Origin: Malacoraja senta | Lineage: Eukaryota | Assembly (NCBI GenBank): GCA_038087875.1 | Contig: CM075988.1 | Span: 6,076,001 to 6,140,000 of the forward strand | Reading direction: 5' to 3' | Length of the DNA: 64,000 bases | Translations under genes and position numbers: made by a program | Shown: positions 12,200 to 23,962 of the stretch, piece by piece | Layout: each line of letters starts with the position of its first letter | Numbering within the stretch: the stretch's first letter is position 1 | The notes under the pieces: generated by a model | Told to the model about the DNA's origin: nothing | Database searches by the model: none | Seen by the model: only the letters and a program-made list of their open reading frames with translations

Positions 12200-15100
12200 T
12201 TTGAAAGGGAGAACAATGATGTACCTTCATGAGCCCCTAAAGTCCCCGATGATCCCATGATCTCAGCCTCTGAGGACAATACCAGCAGTTCCTCCTCAAG
12301 GGGGAACCCCCAAAAAGCGTCTGGCCCTGGCTGTGTACCTGGTCGCATTCTCAAAACCCGTGTGCAACAATGGGCTAGAGGTTTAACGGACATCTTCAAC
12401 CTCTCACAGCTATGATTCAAGATTCCCATCTGCTTTAAAAGGATAATTCTAAGTTTGGTGTCCAGGAAGTACAAGGTTCATATCTCCAAAAACTACTGGC
12501 GACACTCATATCCATTGTGACGAAACTCTTTGAGAAGGTTATATATGACGTAACTCAATTCCTGCCTCAGTAATGACCTGGAAACATAGAAAATAGGTGC
12601 AGGAGTAGGCCATTCGGCCCTTCGAGCCTGCACCGCCATTCAATATGATCATGGCTGATCATCCGACTCAGTATCCTGTACCTGCCTTCTCTCCATACCC
12701 CCTGATCCCTTTAGCCACAAGGGCCACATCTAACTCCCTCTTAAATATAGTCAATGAACTGGCCTCAACTACATTATGTGGCAGAGAGTTCCACAGATTC
12801 ACCACTCTCTGTGTGAAAAATGTTTTTCTCATCTCGGTCCTAAAAGATTTCACCCTTATCCTTAAACTGTGACCCCTTGTTCTGGACTTCCCCAACATCG
12901 GGAACAATCTTCCTGCATCTAGCCTGTCCAACCCCTTAAGAATTTTGTAAGTTTCTATAAGATCCCCCCTCAATCTTCTAAATTCTAGTGAGTACAAGCC
13001 GAGTCTATCCAGTCTTTCTTCATATGAAAGTCCTGACATCCCAGGAATCAGTCTGGTGAACCTTCTCTGTACTCCCTATATGGCAAGAATGTCTTTCCTC
13101 AGATTTGGAGACCAAAACTGTAGGCAATACTCCAGGTGTGGTCTCACCAAGACCCTGTACAACTGCAGTAGAACCTCCCTGCTCTTATACTCAAATCCTT
13201 TTGCTATGAATGCTAACATACCATTCGCTTTCTTCACTGCCTGCTGCACCTACATGCCTACTTTCAATGACTGGTATACCATGACACTCAGGTCTCGTTG
13301 CATCTCCCCTTTTCCTAATCGGCCACCATTCAGATAATAGCCTACTTTCCTGTTTTTGCCACCAAAGTTGATAACCTCACATTTATCCACATTATACTGC
13401 ATCTGCCATGCTTTTGCCCACTCACCCAGCCTATCCAAGTCACCTTGCAGCCTCCTAGCATCCTCCTCAGCTAACACTGCCCCCCAGCTTCTTGTCATCC
13501 GCAAACTTGGAGATGTTGCATTCAATTCCTTCGTCCCAATCATTAATATATATCGTAAATAGCTGGGGTTCCAGCACTGAGCCCCACTAGTCACTGCCTG
13601 CCATTCTGAAAAGGACCCTTTTACTCCGACTCTTTGCTTCCTGTCTGCCAGCCAGTTCTCTATCCACATCAATACTGAACACTCAATACCATGTGCTTTA
13701 AGTTTGTATACTAATCTCTTATGTGGGACCTTGTCGAAAGCCTTCTGAAAGTCCAGATATAACACATCCACTGGTTCTCCCTTATCCACTCTACTAGTTA
13801 CATCCTCAAAAAATTCTATAAGATTCGTCAGATATGATTTACCTTTCTTAAATCCATGCTGACTTTGTCCAATGATTTCACCACTTTCCAAATGTGCTGC
13901 TATCCCATCTTTAATAACTGACTCTAACATTTTCCCCACTACCGATGTTAGACTAATTGGTCTGTAATTCCCCGTTTTCTCTCTCCCTCCCTTTTTAAAA
14001 AGTGGGGTTACATTAGCTACCCTCCAATCCTCAGGAACTACTCCAGAATCTAAAGAGTTTTGAAAAATTATCACTAATGCATCCACTATTTCTGGGGCTA
14101 CTTCCTTAAGTACTCTGGGATGCAGCCTATCTGGCCCTGGGGATTTATCGGCCTTTAATCCATTCAATTTACCTAACACCACTTCCCGGCTAACCTGGAT
14201 TTCACTCAGTTCCTCCATCTCATTTGACCCCCGGTCCCCTGCTATTTCAGGCAGATTATTTATCTTCCATAGTGAAGATAGATCTAAAGTAGTTATTCAA
14301 TTGGTCTGCCATGTCCTTGTTCCCCATGATCAATTCACCTGTTTCTGACTGCAAGGGACCTACATTTGTTTTAACTAATCTTTTTCTCTTCACATATCTA
14401 TAAAAACATTTGCAGTCAGTTTTTATGTTCCCTGCCTGTTTTCTTTCATAATCTATTTTCCCTTTCCTAATTAAGCCCTTTGTCCTCCTCTGCTGGACTC
14501 TGAATTTCTCCCAGTCCTCTGGTAGGCTGCTTTTTCTGGCTAATTTGTATGCTTCATCTTTTGTTTTGTTACTATCCCTGATTTCCCTTGTTATCCACGG
14601 ATGCACTACCTTCCCTGATTTATTCTTTTGCCAAACTGGGATGAACAGTTGTAGTAGTTCATCCATGCAGTCTTTAAATGCCTTCCATTGCACATCCACC
14701 ATCAACCCTTTAAGAATCAATTGCCAGTCTATCTTGGCCAATTCACGTCTCAAACCCTCAAAGTTACATTTCTTTAAGTTCAGAACCCTTGTTTCTGAAT
14801 TAATTATGTCACTCTCCATCCTAATGAAGAACTCAACCATATTATGGTCACTCTTGCCCAAGGGGCCACGCACAACAAGACTGCTAACTAACCCTTCCTC
14901 ATTGCTCAATACCCAGTCTAGAATAGCCTGTTCTCTCGTTGGTTCCTCTACATGTTTAGAAAACTATTCCGCATACATTCCAAGAAATCCTCTTCCTCGG
15001 CACCCCTGCCAATTTGATTCACCCAATCTATATGTAGATTGAAGTCACCCATTATAACTGTTTTACCTTTGTTGCACGCATTTCTAATTTCCTGTTTGAT

Positions 15101-16320
15101 GCCATCCCCAACTCCACTACTACTGTTAGGTGGCCTGTACACAACTCCCACTAGCGTTTTCTGCCCCTTAGTGTTTCGCAGCTCTACCCATATCGATTCC
15201 ATATCCACCAAGCTAATGTCCTTCCTTTCTATTGCGTTAATCTCCTCTCTAACCAGCAACGCTACTTCATCTCCTTTTCCTTTCTGTCTATCCCTCCTGA
15301 ATATTGAATATCCCTGGATGTTCAGCTCCCAGCCTTGGTCACCCTGGAGCCATGTCTCCGTGATCCCAACTATATCATAGTCATTAATAGCTATCTGCAC
15401 ATTCAACTCATCCACCTTATTACGAATGGAGCCACTTTAATGTGAATACCGCAATGACAGATCGACAGCGAATTCAATCTCGATGGCTCTTCACTCAGCA
15501 CTCGACCAACTTGGACAACAGGAACACATGCTTTTCTTTCATTGACTGCAGCTCGGTGTTCAACACCATCATCCCTTTCACACCTATCATCAAACTCAGG
15601 GAACTGGGTCTCTGCTGTCCTCGATGCAACTGGAGCCTTGACTTCCTCATTGGAAGACCTCAATCAGTACCGATTGGCAACAACACCTCCTCCCGCTAAC
15701 CATCAGCACATGGCCATCTCAAAGCTGCATGCAGAGCCCCCTGCTCAGCTCCCTCTATACCCATGACTGTAGACAGACACTAATATGACTGTTTTTGGAG
15801 GACTGTTCACCTATCCTCATTGATGGGCCACTGGTGGAGAGCGTCAAGTTCCTGGTGTACACATCTCTGCTGATCTGTCCTGGGCTCAGCATATTAATGC
15901 AATCACAAAGAAAGTTCACCCATGCCTTAGTTTCCTCATAGGTTTGAGGAGATTTAGCATCCTATCGCATTGACTGTGGAACCATTACAGGTGGAAGGCA
16001 AGCTGACTGGTTGCATTACAACGTGGTGCGGAAATGCGGACACTCAAGAATGAAGGAGGCTGCAAAAAGCGGTGGACTTTGCCCAGTCCATCAGGAGTAC
16101 TGACCTCCCTACCATCGGAGAGATCTGTTGTACAGGAAGCTCCACTTCAAGAAGGCAGCTAATGCCATCAAAGATCCACACTATCCTGACCATGCTCACG
16201 TCTTGCTGCTGCCATTAGGGAGAGGATACTTCAGCCTGAGAACTGGTTCCTCAGATTGGAGAACCGCTTCTTCGTCTCAACCATAAGGTTCTTGAACCAC
16301 CTTGCACTAACCCTAACCAC
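12200..16320 (+). mobile_element. Degenerate Rex1/Babar-type LINE RT, split by a CR1 insertion
   Basis: 12300-12580 encodes NP.KASGP..VPGRILK..TDIFNLS..CFK; it resumes at 15427 with ..[49 protein letters not shown]; tgga is duplicated at both junctions. Confidence 0.85.
12581..15428 (-). mobile_element. CR1/HER1 LINE, near-complete but disrupted ORF2 (APE endonuclease + RT)
   Basis: ORF 14948-15415 has APE motifs DIVGITETWL, GVVYRPPN and IMGDFN; RT in 13250-14218; C-terminus in 12668-13039; 3' tail at 12581. Confidence 0.95.
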
Positions 16321-17207
16321 AACCCGACCTCAGCTCCCAACTACAGAGTTTGCTTTGTGATGATTGCTACTTCCTATTTTGCTTTATCATGGTCTAATGT
16401 ATGGAATGGAACACTTTATTGTCACATGTGACAAGACACAGTGAAATTCTTTGCTTGCCTACCCAAGGTATGCAAATAGTCGCTACATAAAGGGCACTGA
16501 CGAAGTTACAAAGTACCCCCGCGCCAGTTCCTTCTTTGTTCTCCCCCTCCCTCACAGAGGTCCCCCCACGTTGTTCTGAGATTAACTGACAATTTATTCT
16601 ATATTTCTTGGTGTTGTTGTGTCTAACGAGCCTGCAGGGCTGCAACAAGTACAGATTTCATTGTTCTGGTTCATATTCAGCGCACATGGCAGTCTGGACT
16701 CACGAACTGTGGGGGACTGTACTATCCCACAGTCCCTGCTGCAGCCTCAGTCACAGGGCTTTGAGCTGGGTTTTGATATTACCTGAAAACCTCCCCCAGG
16801 CTCTCCCCCCATTGTTACTTTTCATCTCTCTTCTAATGATCTTACATTGCCCAAAAGATGTTTTGTTGAAATTGCAGAGGAAGTTGCCACAGTAGGCTGT
16901 GGAGGCCGTCAATGGATATTTTTAAGGCAGAGATAGATCTTGTTTAGTACGGGTGTCAGGGGTAATGTGGAGAAAGCAGGATAATGTGGTTAGGAAGGAG
17001 AGGCAGATCAGCCATGATTGAATGGCGGAGTAGACTCGATGGGCTGAATGGCCTAATTCTGCTCCTAACACTTATGAACTTATGACATAATTCTATTTGG
17101 TTGAGTTGAATTTTAAGCTTGCTATTGATGTTTGACTGAACTGAGATCTCTACGTGGATTGAAAGGGCATTGCTGAATTGTTGGTCTTGTTCCTGGCTAT
17201 CTTTCAG

Positions 17208-17330
17208 CTGACCCACCGTTCAGTGCTTTGCCAGCGGTGATTGGCGCTGCCGTGGTCGGGATGCTGGTTGCCGTTGCCGGGACCATGTTGGTGTTTCGGT
17301 ACGTTATACGGAACCGTGAAAACATTCCAT
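17208..17330 (+). CDS. VSIG10L2: Transmembrane exon of a type I membrane protein, VSIG10L2-like
   Basis: ctttcag| ... |gtaagt; 123 nt, phase 1-1. Encodes (A)DPPFSALPAVIGAAVVGMLVAVAGTMLVFRYVIRNRENIP. The ADPPFSA.PAV.GAA pattern matches the VSIG10L2 TM segment as recalled; not searched. Confidence 0.8.
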
Positions 17331-17377
17331 GTAAGTAACTAACATCCTGCTCGCACATAAATTGCTTTCAGAACTAA

Positions 17378-18552
17378 GGGCGGCGCGGTGGGGCAGTGGT
17401 AGAGTTGCTGCCTTACAGCGCCAGAGACCCGGGTTCGATCCTGACCACGGGTGCTGTCTGTATGGAGTTTGTACGTTCTCCCCATGACTGCGTTGGTTTT
17501 CTCCGAGAACTTCGGTTTCCTCCCACACTCGAAAGAATCCATGGTAGAATCTGGTGGACATGATAGGAATGGGAAGAGAATAAAGAAAAGGGAATGAATA
17601 TGGGATTAGTGTAGCTGGGTGGTTGATGGTATTGATATTGGTATGATTTATTATTATTATGGGTCTAGCGATCTCCCTGTACACCAGCACTATCCTACAC
17701 ACCAGGGACAATTTACCAGAGACCCGGGTTCGATTCTGACCTCAGGTGCTGTCTGTGTGGAGTTCGTACGTTCTCTCTGTGACTGCGTGAGTGAACTCTG
17801 GGTGCTCCTGTTTACTCCCAAAGACGCGCAGGTTTGGAGGTTAAGTGACCTCTTTGAAATTGCCCCTGGTGTGACGGGAGTGGATGAAAAAGTTGGATAG
17901 CATAGACCTAATGTGAACAGGTAATTGATGGTCAGCATGGACTCGGTGGGCAGAAGGGCCTGTTTCCACAAAACTAACAAAACTAAACTAAGCACTGGTT
18001 CACAACGCCAAAGACCCCGGTTAGATCCTGACCTTGGGCGCTTTCTGTGCAGAGTCTGCACGTTCTCCCTGTGAGCACGTGGGTTTCCTCTGGGTACACT
18101 AGTTTCCTCCCACATAACCAGGACATGTGGGTTTGTTGGGGTAATTGATGTCTGTAAATTGCCCCTGGTGTGTAGGTGCAAGGTAGAATCTGGTGGACAC
18201 GATGGGAATGGGGAGAGAATAAAGAAAAGGGAATTAATATGGGATTAGTGTAGATGGGTGGTTGATGGTATTGATATTGGTATTGATTTATTATTATTAT
18301 GTGTCTAGAAATCACCCTGTACACCAACACTATCCTACACACTAGGGACAATGTACAATTTTACTGAAGCTAATTAACCTACAAACCTGCAGGTCTTTGG
18401 AGTGTGGGATGAAACCGGAGCACCCGGAGAAAACTAGAGGTCACAAAACTAGAACATACAAACTCCATACAAACAGCGCCTGTAATTAGGATTGAACCCA
18501 TGACTCTGCCACTCCAAGACAGCAACTCTACCACTGCGCCACTGTGCCGCCC
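17378..18552. mobile_element. Cluster of HE1/V-SINE pieces in both orientations
   Basis: + copies from 17378, ~17716 and ~18003; - copy ~18315-18552; V-domain motifs in each. Confidence 0.85.
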
Positions 18553-18865
18553 CAAACACCATGGTTAGATGGAGGGTAATGACTGAGAGACAGAAATATG
18601 TGTTTGGTAATGATACATTTTCAAGTGAAAGCCGGTATGAATCCAAATGACTAGGTTGTTCCATAATATTGACCGTTAACTTCAGAAGCAGCTGCTGTAT
18701 TTTCTATAATTGCAGCCTGAACACTTTACACATCTAAAGCACATTGAATTAAATGAAATAAGTTTGTTATCAGATCTTTGCATACCAACAGTGTTCCCTT
18801 AACTAATTCATGGATTATATTGAGACGTTGGTACTTTTTAATGGTTGATTATCTCTTCCTCCCAG

Positions 18866-18890
18866 GGTTACATGACCTGCTGTTTCAACA
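18866..18890 (+). CDS. VSIG10L2: 25-nt cytoplasmic micro-exon of the same gene
   Basis: tcttcctcccag| ... |gtaagt; phase 1-2; (W)LHDLLFQ(H), in frame with both neighbours. Confidence 0.75.
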
Positions 18891-18940
18891 GTAAGTACAT
18901 CACCTTACTTGTGCCTTGGAGTGCCAGACTGTATATTTTC

Positions 18941-19926
18941 ACAATGCATCACAGCTTGGTTTGTGAACAGCTCCATCCAAGACTGCAAAAAATTGCAGAA
19001 AATTGTGGATGCAGCTCAGACCATCACTCAAACCAACCTCCCTTCTATTGACTCCATTTATAGACAATAGACAATTGACAATTGGTGCAAGAGTAGGCCA
19101 TTTGGCCCTTTGAGCCAGCACCGCCATTCACTGTGATCATGGCTGATCATCCACAATCAGTACTTCATTCCTGCCTTCTCCCCATAATCCCATGACTCCG
19201 CTATCTCTAAGAGCTCTATTTAACTCTCTCTTGAAAGCATCCAGGGAATTGTCCTCCACTGCCTACTGAGGCAGAGAATTCCACAGATTCACAACCCTCT
19301 GTGTGAAAAAGTGTTTCCTCATCTCCGTTCTAAATGGCTACCCCTTATTCTTAAACTGTGGCACCTGGTTCTGGACTCCCCCAACATCGGGAACATGTTT
19401 CCTGCCTCTAGCGTGTCCAAACCCATAATAATTTTATATGTTTCAATAAGATTCCCTCTCATCCTTCTAAATTCCAGTGTATACAAGCCCAGTCGCTCCA
19501 TTCTTTCAACATATAACAGTCCTGCCATCCTGGGAATTAACCTCGTGAACCTAAGCTGCATTTGTACCTTACGCTGCCCTCGGCAAGGCCAGCTGCATAT
19601 CCAAGGACGAGTCGCAACGCGGCCACTCCCTCTTCTCCCTTCTCCCATCAGACAAAAGGTATAGATGTGTGAAAACGCACAGGGACAGTTTCTTCTCAGC
19701 TGTTATCAGGCAACTGAATCATCCTACCACAACCAGAGAGCAGTGCTGAACTACTATCTACCTCTTTGGTCACCTTTACACTAAACGTTATTCCCTTATC
19801 ATGTATTTATACACTGTAAATGGCTCGATTGTAATCATGTATTGACTTTCTGCTAACTGGATAGCACGTAACAAACGCTTTTGACTGTACCTCGGTACAT
19901 GTGACAATAAACTAAACTAAACTAAA
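18941..19926 (+). mobile_element. Rex1/Babar-type LINE 3' end interrupted by a minus-strand CR1 3' fragment (19063-19558)
   Basis: CITAWF.NSSIQDCKKLQKIVDAAQTIT.TNLPSIDSI continues after the insert; near-TSD catttata / catttgta; (CTAAA)n tail. Confidence 0.85.
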
Positions 19927-21324
19927 TTGATCAAGTATTCAGCTCTTCTGGCTGGTCTGGAAAGATCTCTTCATGGCTCTCTCTGGGTGCCACTCAAAGC
20001 TTAGATTTCTCTTGAGAACTTCTATTATCCTTCTGTATTCACAATCTATTTTTAGGGATAATTCTCACTCTGAACATCCTTTTGTGTGAAATGAGCACTT
20101 CTGTATTCCACTCCCGATCCAGCTGTTCCTGGTTTTCTTCCTTCTGTATTCCCTCTCAGTGGGAACATTACGTTTTATTCACTCTATTAAATCCCCACTC
20201 AATGAATGACCCTTCAATCTGCCGTAATCAAAGGACGATAAGCCACCACATTTGAACCACCTGTTCCCGTTTAACCCGTTAATCCTTGCTATTATTCCAG
20301 CAGAATGATTTTCCAGTGACCACTTGTGGCTGAGGTACTGATTGTCCTGTTCTGCTGAATGGTCCGGTGGAGCCTTTTAGTTCCCCCCCTCTTTGCTTGC
20401 AGTGGCCGAAGTGATTGCCTGCTTAATATCAATGTTATCAAAGATTATGTAGCAGGAAAATGTTACAGAGACGTTTTACAATGTGTCTGAGAACCTTTTG
20501 AGCTGATTGTTGACGATCTATGTAGGGAAGGGACAATCCTGGACCTAATCCTAATTAATGTTGCTGGCTAGGAAGTTGAAATGTTATTTTGTAGATAGTG
20601 GCTAATTGATTACGGAATTATTTGATTACGGAAAAAGGATTGAATATACCAGAAATCCCGAATTAAGTCGCAATATCGTAAGATAAGGCCTGACTGGGAA
20701 CAGATGCGGAAGATTGGTCCACATCCACCAATTTGGAGTTATTCGAAACTGAAATACAGCTTAGTTTATTGTCACATGTACCGAGGTATAGCGAAGAGCT
20801 TTTGTTGTGTGCTAACCAGTCAGTGGAAAGACAATACATGATTACAATCGAGCCATCCACAGTGCAGATACGTGATAAAGGGAATAACGTGAATAACGCT
20901 TAGTGCAAGATAAAGCCCAATCAGGACCAATGTGTTTCCAGAAGGGTGAAAGGTATGGACAGCAAGCCCAAGCCCAAGGAAAATGTGGACATCGAGAGAT
21001 GTTGAGAGCTGAATGAAAAAAATAAAATCTTGTATATCTACAGAAATGAAAGCTGAGAAAGCTCTTTAGATGTATAGAAATTGTATGGAGGATTGAAAAA
21101 AGAAATGGGTTATTGAGGGAGAATGAGATGTCACTTGCGGATAAGATTAAGGAAAATCCCAAAGCATTATATAACTACAGTAAGGACAAAATAATAACCA
21201 GGGATAGAGTAGAGCTTCATTAGGGAATAAAGTGACAATCGGTTTATTTTGACATGCATACTACAATTAAAATACTTTGTCAGTGTGCTATCCTTATGGT
21301 AGACTACCTGTACAACGATCAGAT

Positions 21325-21503
21325 GTGCAGGAAGGAACTGCAGATGCTGGTTTAAACCGAAGATAGACACAAAAAGCTGGAGTAACTCAGCAGGACAGGC
21401 AGCATCTCTGTCTAAAGAAGGGTCTCGACCCGAAACGTCAACCATTCCTTCTCTCCAGAGATGCTGCCTGTCCTGCTGAGTTACTCCAGAATTTTTGTGT
21501 CTA
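21325..21503. mobile_element. Penelope-derived short element with inverted arrangement
   Basis: gacacaaaaagctggagtaactcagcaggacaggcagcatctctg is mirrored by cagagatgctgcctgtcctgctgagttactccag..gtgtc around a degenerate hammerhead core. Confidence 0.8.
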
Positions 21504-21825
21504 ACGTCTTGTACTTAATGGTCAGCGTGGACATGGTGAGCCAAAGGGTCCGTTTCTTTACTGCATAATTCTATAACTATAACTCCTTGATATAGGTTTG
21601 GCACCTATAAAAGAGGTCTGTAAAGATTTTATACAAATCACAAATATGATTGAAGGGACCTACCTGTAAAGGAGAAGCATTGTGCAGATGTAATTATTTT
21701 AAAGGATCAGTTGAAGGGAAGGCTGGAGCTCTGCATGGGTATTTTTGTGCCTGACGCTGAGTTGAAATGTTGCCAATGAATAGAGATGGTCTTAACTCTC
21801 ACCTTGCTTTCCACCAACCTCCTAG

Positions 21826-21953
21826 TGAACTGCAGGAGCAGATTAACTTGCCGGAGGATGCTGAGGTTGCGTTGCCATCCGAGGGAGAAGATCCTGAGGC
21901 TGCGTTGCCATCCGAAGGACAAGATGCTGAGGCCAGCAGGGAACAGACGGAAG
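21826..21953 (+). CDS. VSIG10L2: Acidic cytoplasmic exon of the same gene
   Basis: Branch-like cttaac plus pyrimidine tract ..cctag| ... g|gtatca; phase 2-1; ELQEQINLPEDAEVALPSEGEDPEAALPSEGQDAEASREQTE. Confidence 0.7.
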
Positions 21954-22111
21954 GTATCAGATGGATTTTCTATCTCCTTTTTTTTGCCTCCTTTGGTCCC
22001 ATCGGTTCACGGCATGAGAAATGGGCAACTGATCTCCGGAAGCTGCCCCCCAAACTGGCCTGGGTTGACTCCTCTCCAAAGTAGCTCCTTTCTAAAACAC
22101 AAATGCGTTTT

Positions 22112-22377
22112 GGGCAGCACAGTGACGCAGCGGTAGAGTTGCTGCCTTAAAACACCAGGGACCCGGGTTCAATCCTGACCTCGGGCACTGTCTGTGTGGA
22201 GTTTGCATGTTCTCCCTATGACTGCGTGGGTTTCCTTCGGGTTCTCCAGTTTCCTCCCACATCCCAAAGACGTGCGTGTTTGGGACGTGGGTGGAATTAG
22301 TGTACTGATTGCTGGTCGGTGCGGACTCAGTGGTTGAAGGACCTGTTCCCACACTGCATCTCTAAACTAAACTAAAA
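22112..22377 (+). mobile_element. HE1-type V-SINE
   Basis: tRNA head, V-domain, (CTAAA)n tail. Confidence 0.85.
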
Positions 22378-22633
22378 TACTGGAGGAAGTCATCGGGTCA
22401 GACAGCATCCGAGGAGGGAATGGGCAGACAAAGTTTTGGATCAGAACCTTTCTTTAGTCTGAAGAAGAGTCCGGCCCAAAGCATTGTCTGTCCATTCCTT
22501 CCCCAGATGCTGCCTGACCCGTTGAGTTCCTCCAGCACTTTGTGTTTTGCTGGTAATCCCAGATCCTGTAGTTTCTTGTGTCTCAGCTCCTATCTAGCTC
22601 TGTGTGGGAAAAGTCCGTAACACGTTCTCTCAG

Positions 22634-22756
22634 ACCCATGTCAGATGCTCTCAGCTATGCCTGCTGAGGACCAGACCCCCCTGAAAGAAGAGCAAAGCAA
22701 CATACCTTCATCCAATTGTCATGGAGAATTTTCCTCTGGTTGCAGTTGGAAAAATG
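22634..22756 (+). CDS. VSIG10L2: Cytoplasmic exon of the same gene
   Basis: ttctctcag| ... g|gtgcat (weaker donor); 123 nt, phase 1-1, open frame (D)PCQMLSAMPAEDQTPLKEEQSNIPSSNCHGEFSSGCSWKN. Confidence 0.55.
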
Positions 22757-23017
22757 GTGCATGTTTCTATTGAGAGACATCGATCATAATCTAGAAGCCC
22801 AGAGTTAATACATTTTTTGGAAAGGTGTGTTAGTTTACAATATCTGATCCAATCTTCCATATGCTGTATAAATAGTGACCCAGCAATTAATCCGATATCG
22901 GGCTTTCGGCTGAAATTTCTCCGGAAGGTTGTGGACCTCATTCCAGATCTATCCCTGAATCTGGAAGTATGTGTTTGCAAACTTCTGGACTTCTTGCCTG
23001 ATGGGAGAGGGGAGAAT

Positions 23018-23706
23018 TATAGCTAAAATAAAACAATTCCTCCAATTTGACGACCTCGAAAAGATCATCCACTCATTTATCTCCTCCCGCCTTGATTACT
23101 GCAACTCCCTTTACACTGGCATCAGCCAATCATCCCTGTCCCGCCTGCAATTATTCCAAAACGCCGCAGCGAGACTCCTGACGGGCACCCGAAAAAGGGA
23201 CTACATCACCCCGTTTCTGGCCTCTCTCCACTGACTCCCAATGCGGTTCCGAATCAATTTCAAGATCCTTCTTTATGTATACAAAGCCCTTAACGGGCTT
23301 ACCCCCACCTACATCAAAAGCCTGCTTACCCACCACACCACCCCCAGGTCCCTCAGATCAGCCGACTTGGGGTTACTGACCATCCCTCGGTCTAGGCATA
23401 AGATCAGGGGCGACCGCACTTTCGCGGTTGCAGCTCCTAGACTATGGAACAACATCCCTCGTCCCATCAGAACTGCCCCCTCAATCGACTCTTTTAAGTC
23501 TAGACTTAAAACTTATTTCTACTCTCAATCCTTTCTTGAGGTCCTCTGAGGGAGCGCTGTATGTATGTATTTATGTATGTCTTGTTGATCTATGTACCAC
23601 TGTATGTAGCACGTTAGTACCTGCACTAATGTAAAGCACTTTGGTCAACGAGAGTTGTTTTTAAATGTGCTATAGAAATAAAATTGACTTGACTTGACTA
23701 GACTTG
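23018..23706 (+). mobile_element. L2-clade LINE 3' end
   Basis: SSRLDYCNSL..LQLFQNAAARLL..ITP.LASLH*LP..FKILL..APRLWN..FKSRLKTY; tail aataaaa(ttgac)n. Confidence 0.92.
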
Positions 23707-23738
23707 AATGTGTTAACAGTTTTACTCTAAACCTGCAG

Positions 23739-23851
23739 AGTCCAGTCCCGGAGCTTCGGGAGAGGAGGCAGGCACCACAGATGCGACCGTCAAGCCTTCA
23801 GTCAATGATGAGCAGGACGAGGCTGCAGCAACTGAGCCACCCGCTTCCTGA
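23739..23851 (+). CDS. VSIG10L2: Terminal coding exon of the same gene
   Basis: ctctaaacctgcag|; phase 1; (E)SSPGASGEEAGTTDATVKPSVNDEQDEAAATEPPAS*, TGA at 23849-51. Confidence 0.65.
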
Positions 23852-23956
23852 GGGCCGGAGGGAGCCGCTGGAGTTCCTTCCCCATTGTGGAGCACCAAAA
23901 CCTTCATAAAATCTCAATAGTTCATTGCTCGACTAATTTGAAAACAACACACGTAC

Positions 23957-23962
23957 AATAAA
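23957..23962 (+). promoter_or_regulatory. Candidate polyadenylation signal AATAAA
   Basis: About 105 nt after the predicted stop, in non-repeat sequence. Confidence 0.45.

Noticed and set aside
21767..22084. Single-exon 105-aa ORF starting at ATG 21767
   Set aside because: Better explained as an internal exon 21826-21953 with good acceptor and donor and matching phases
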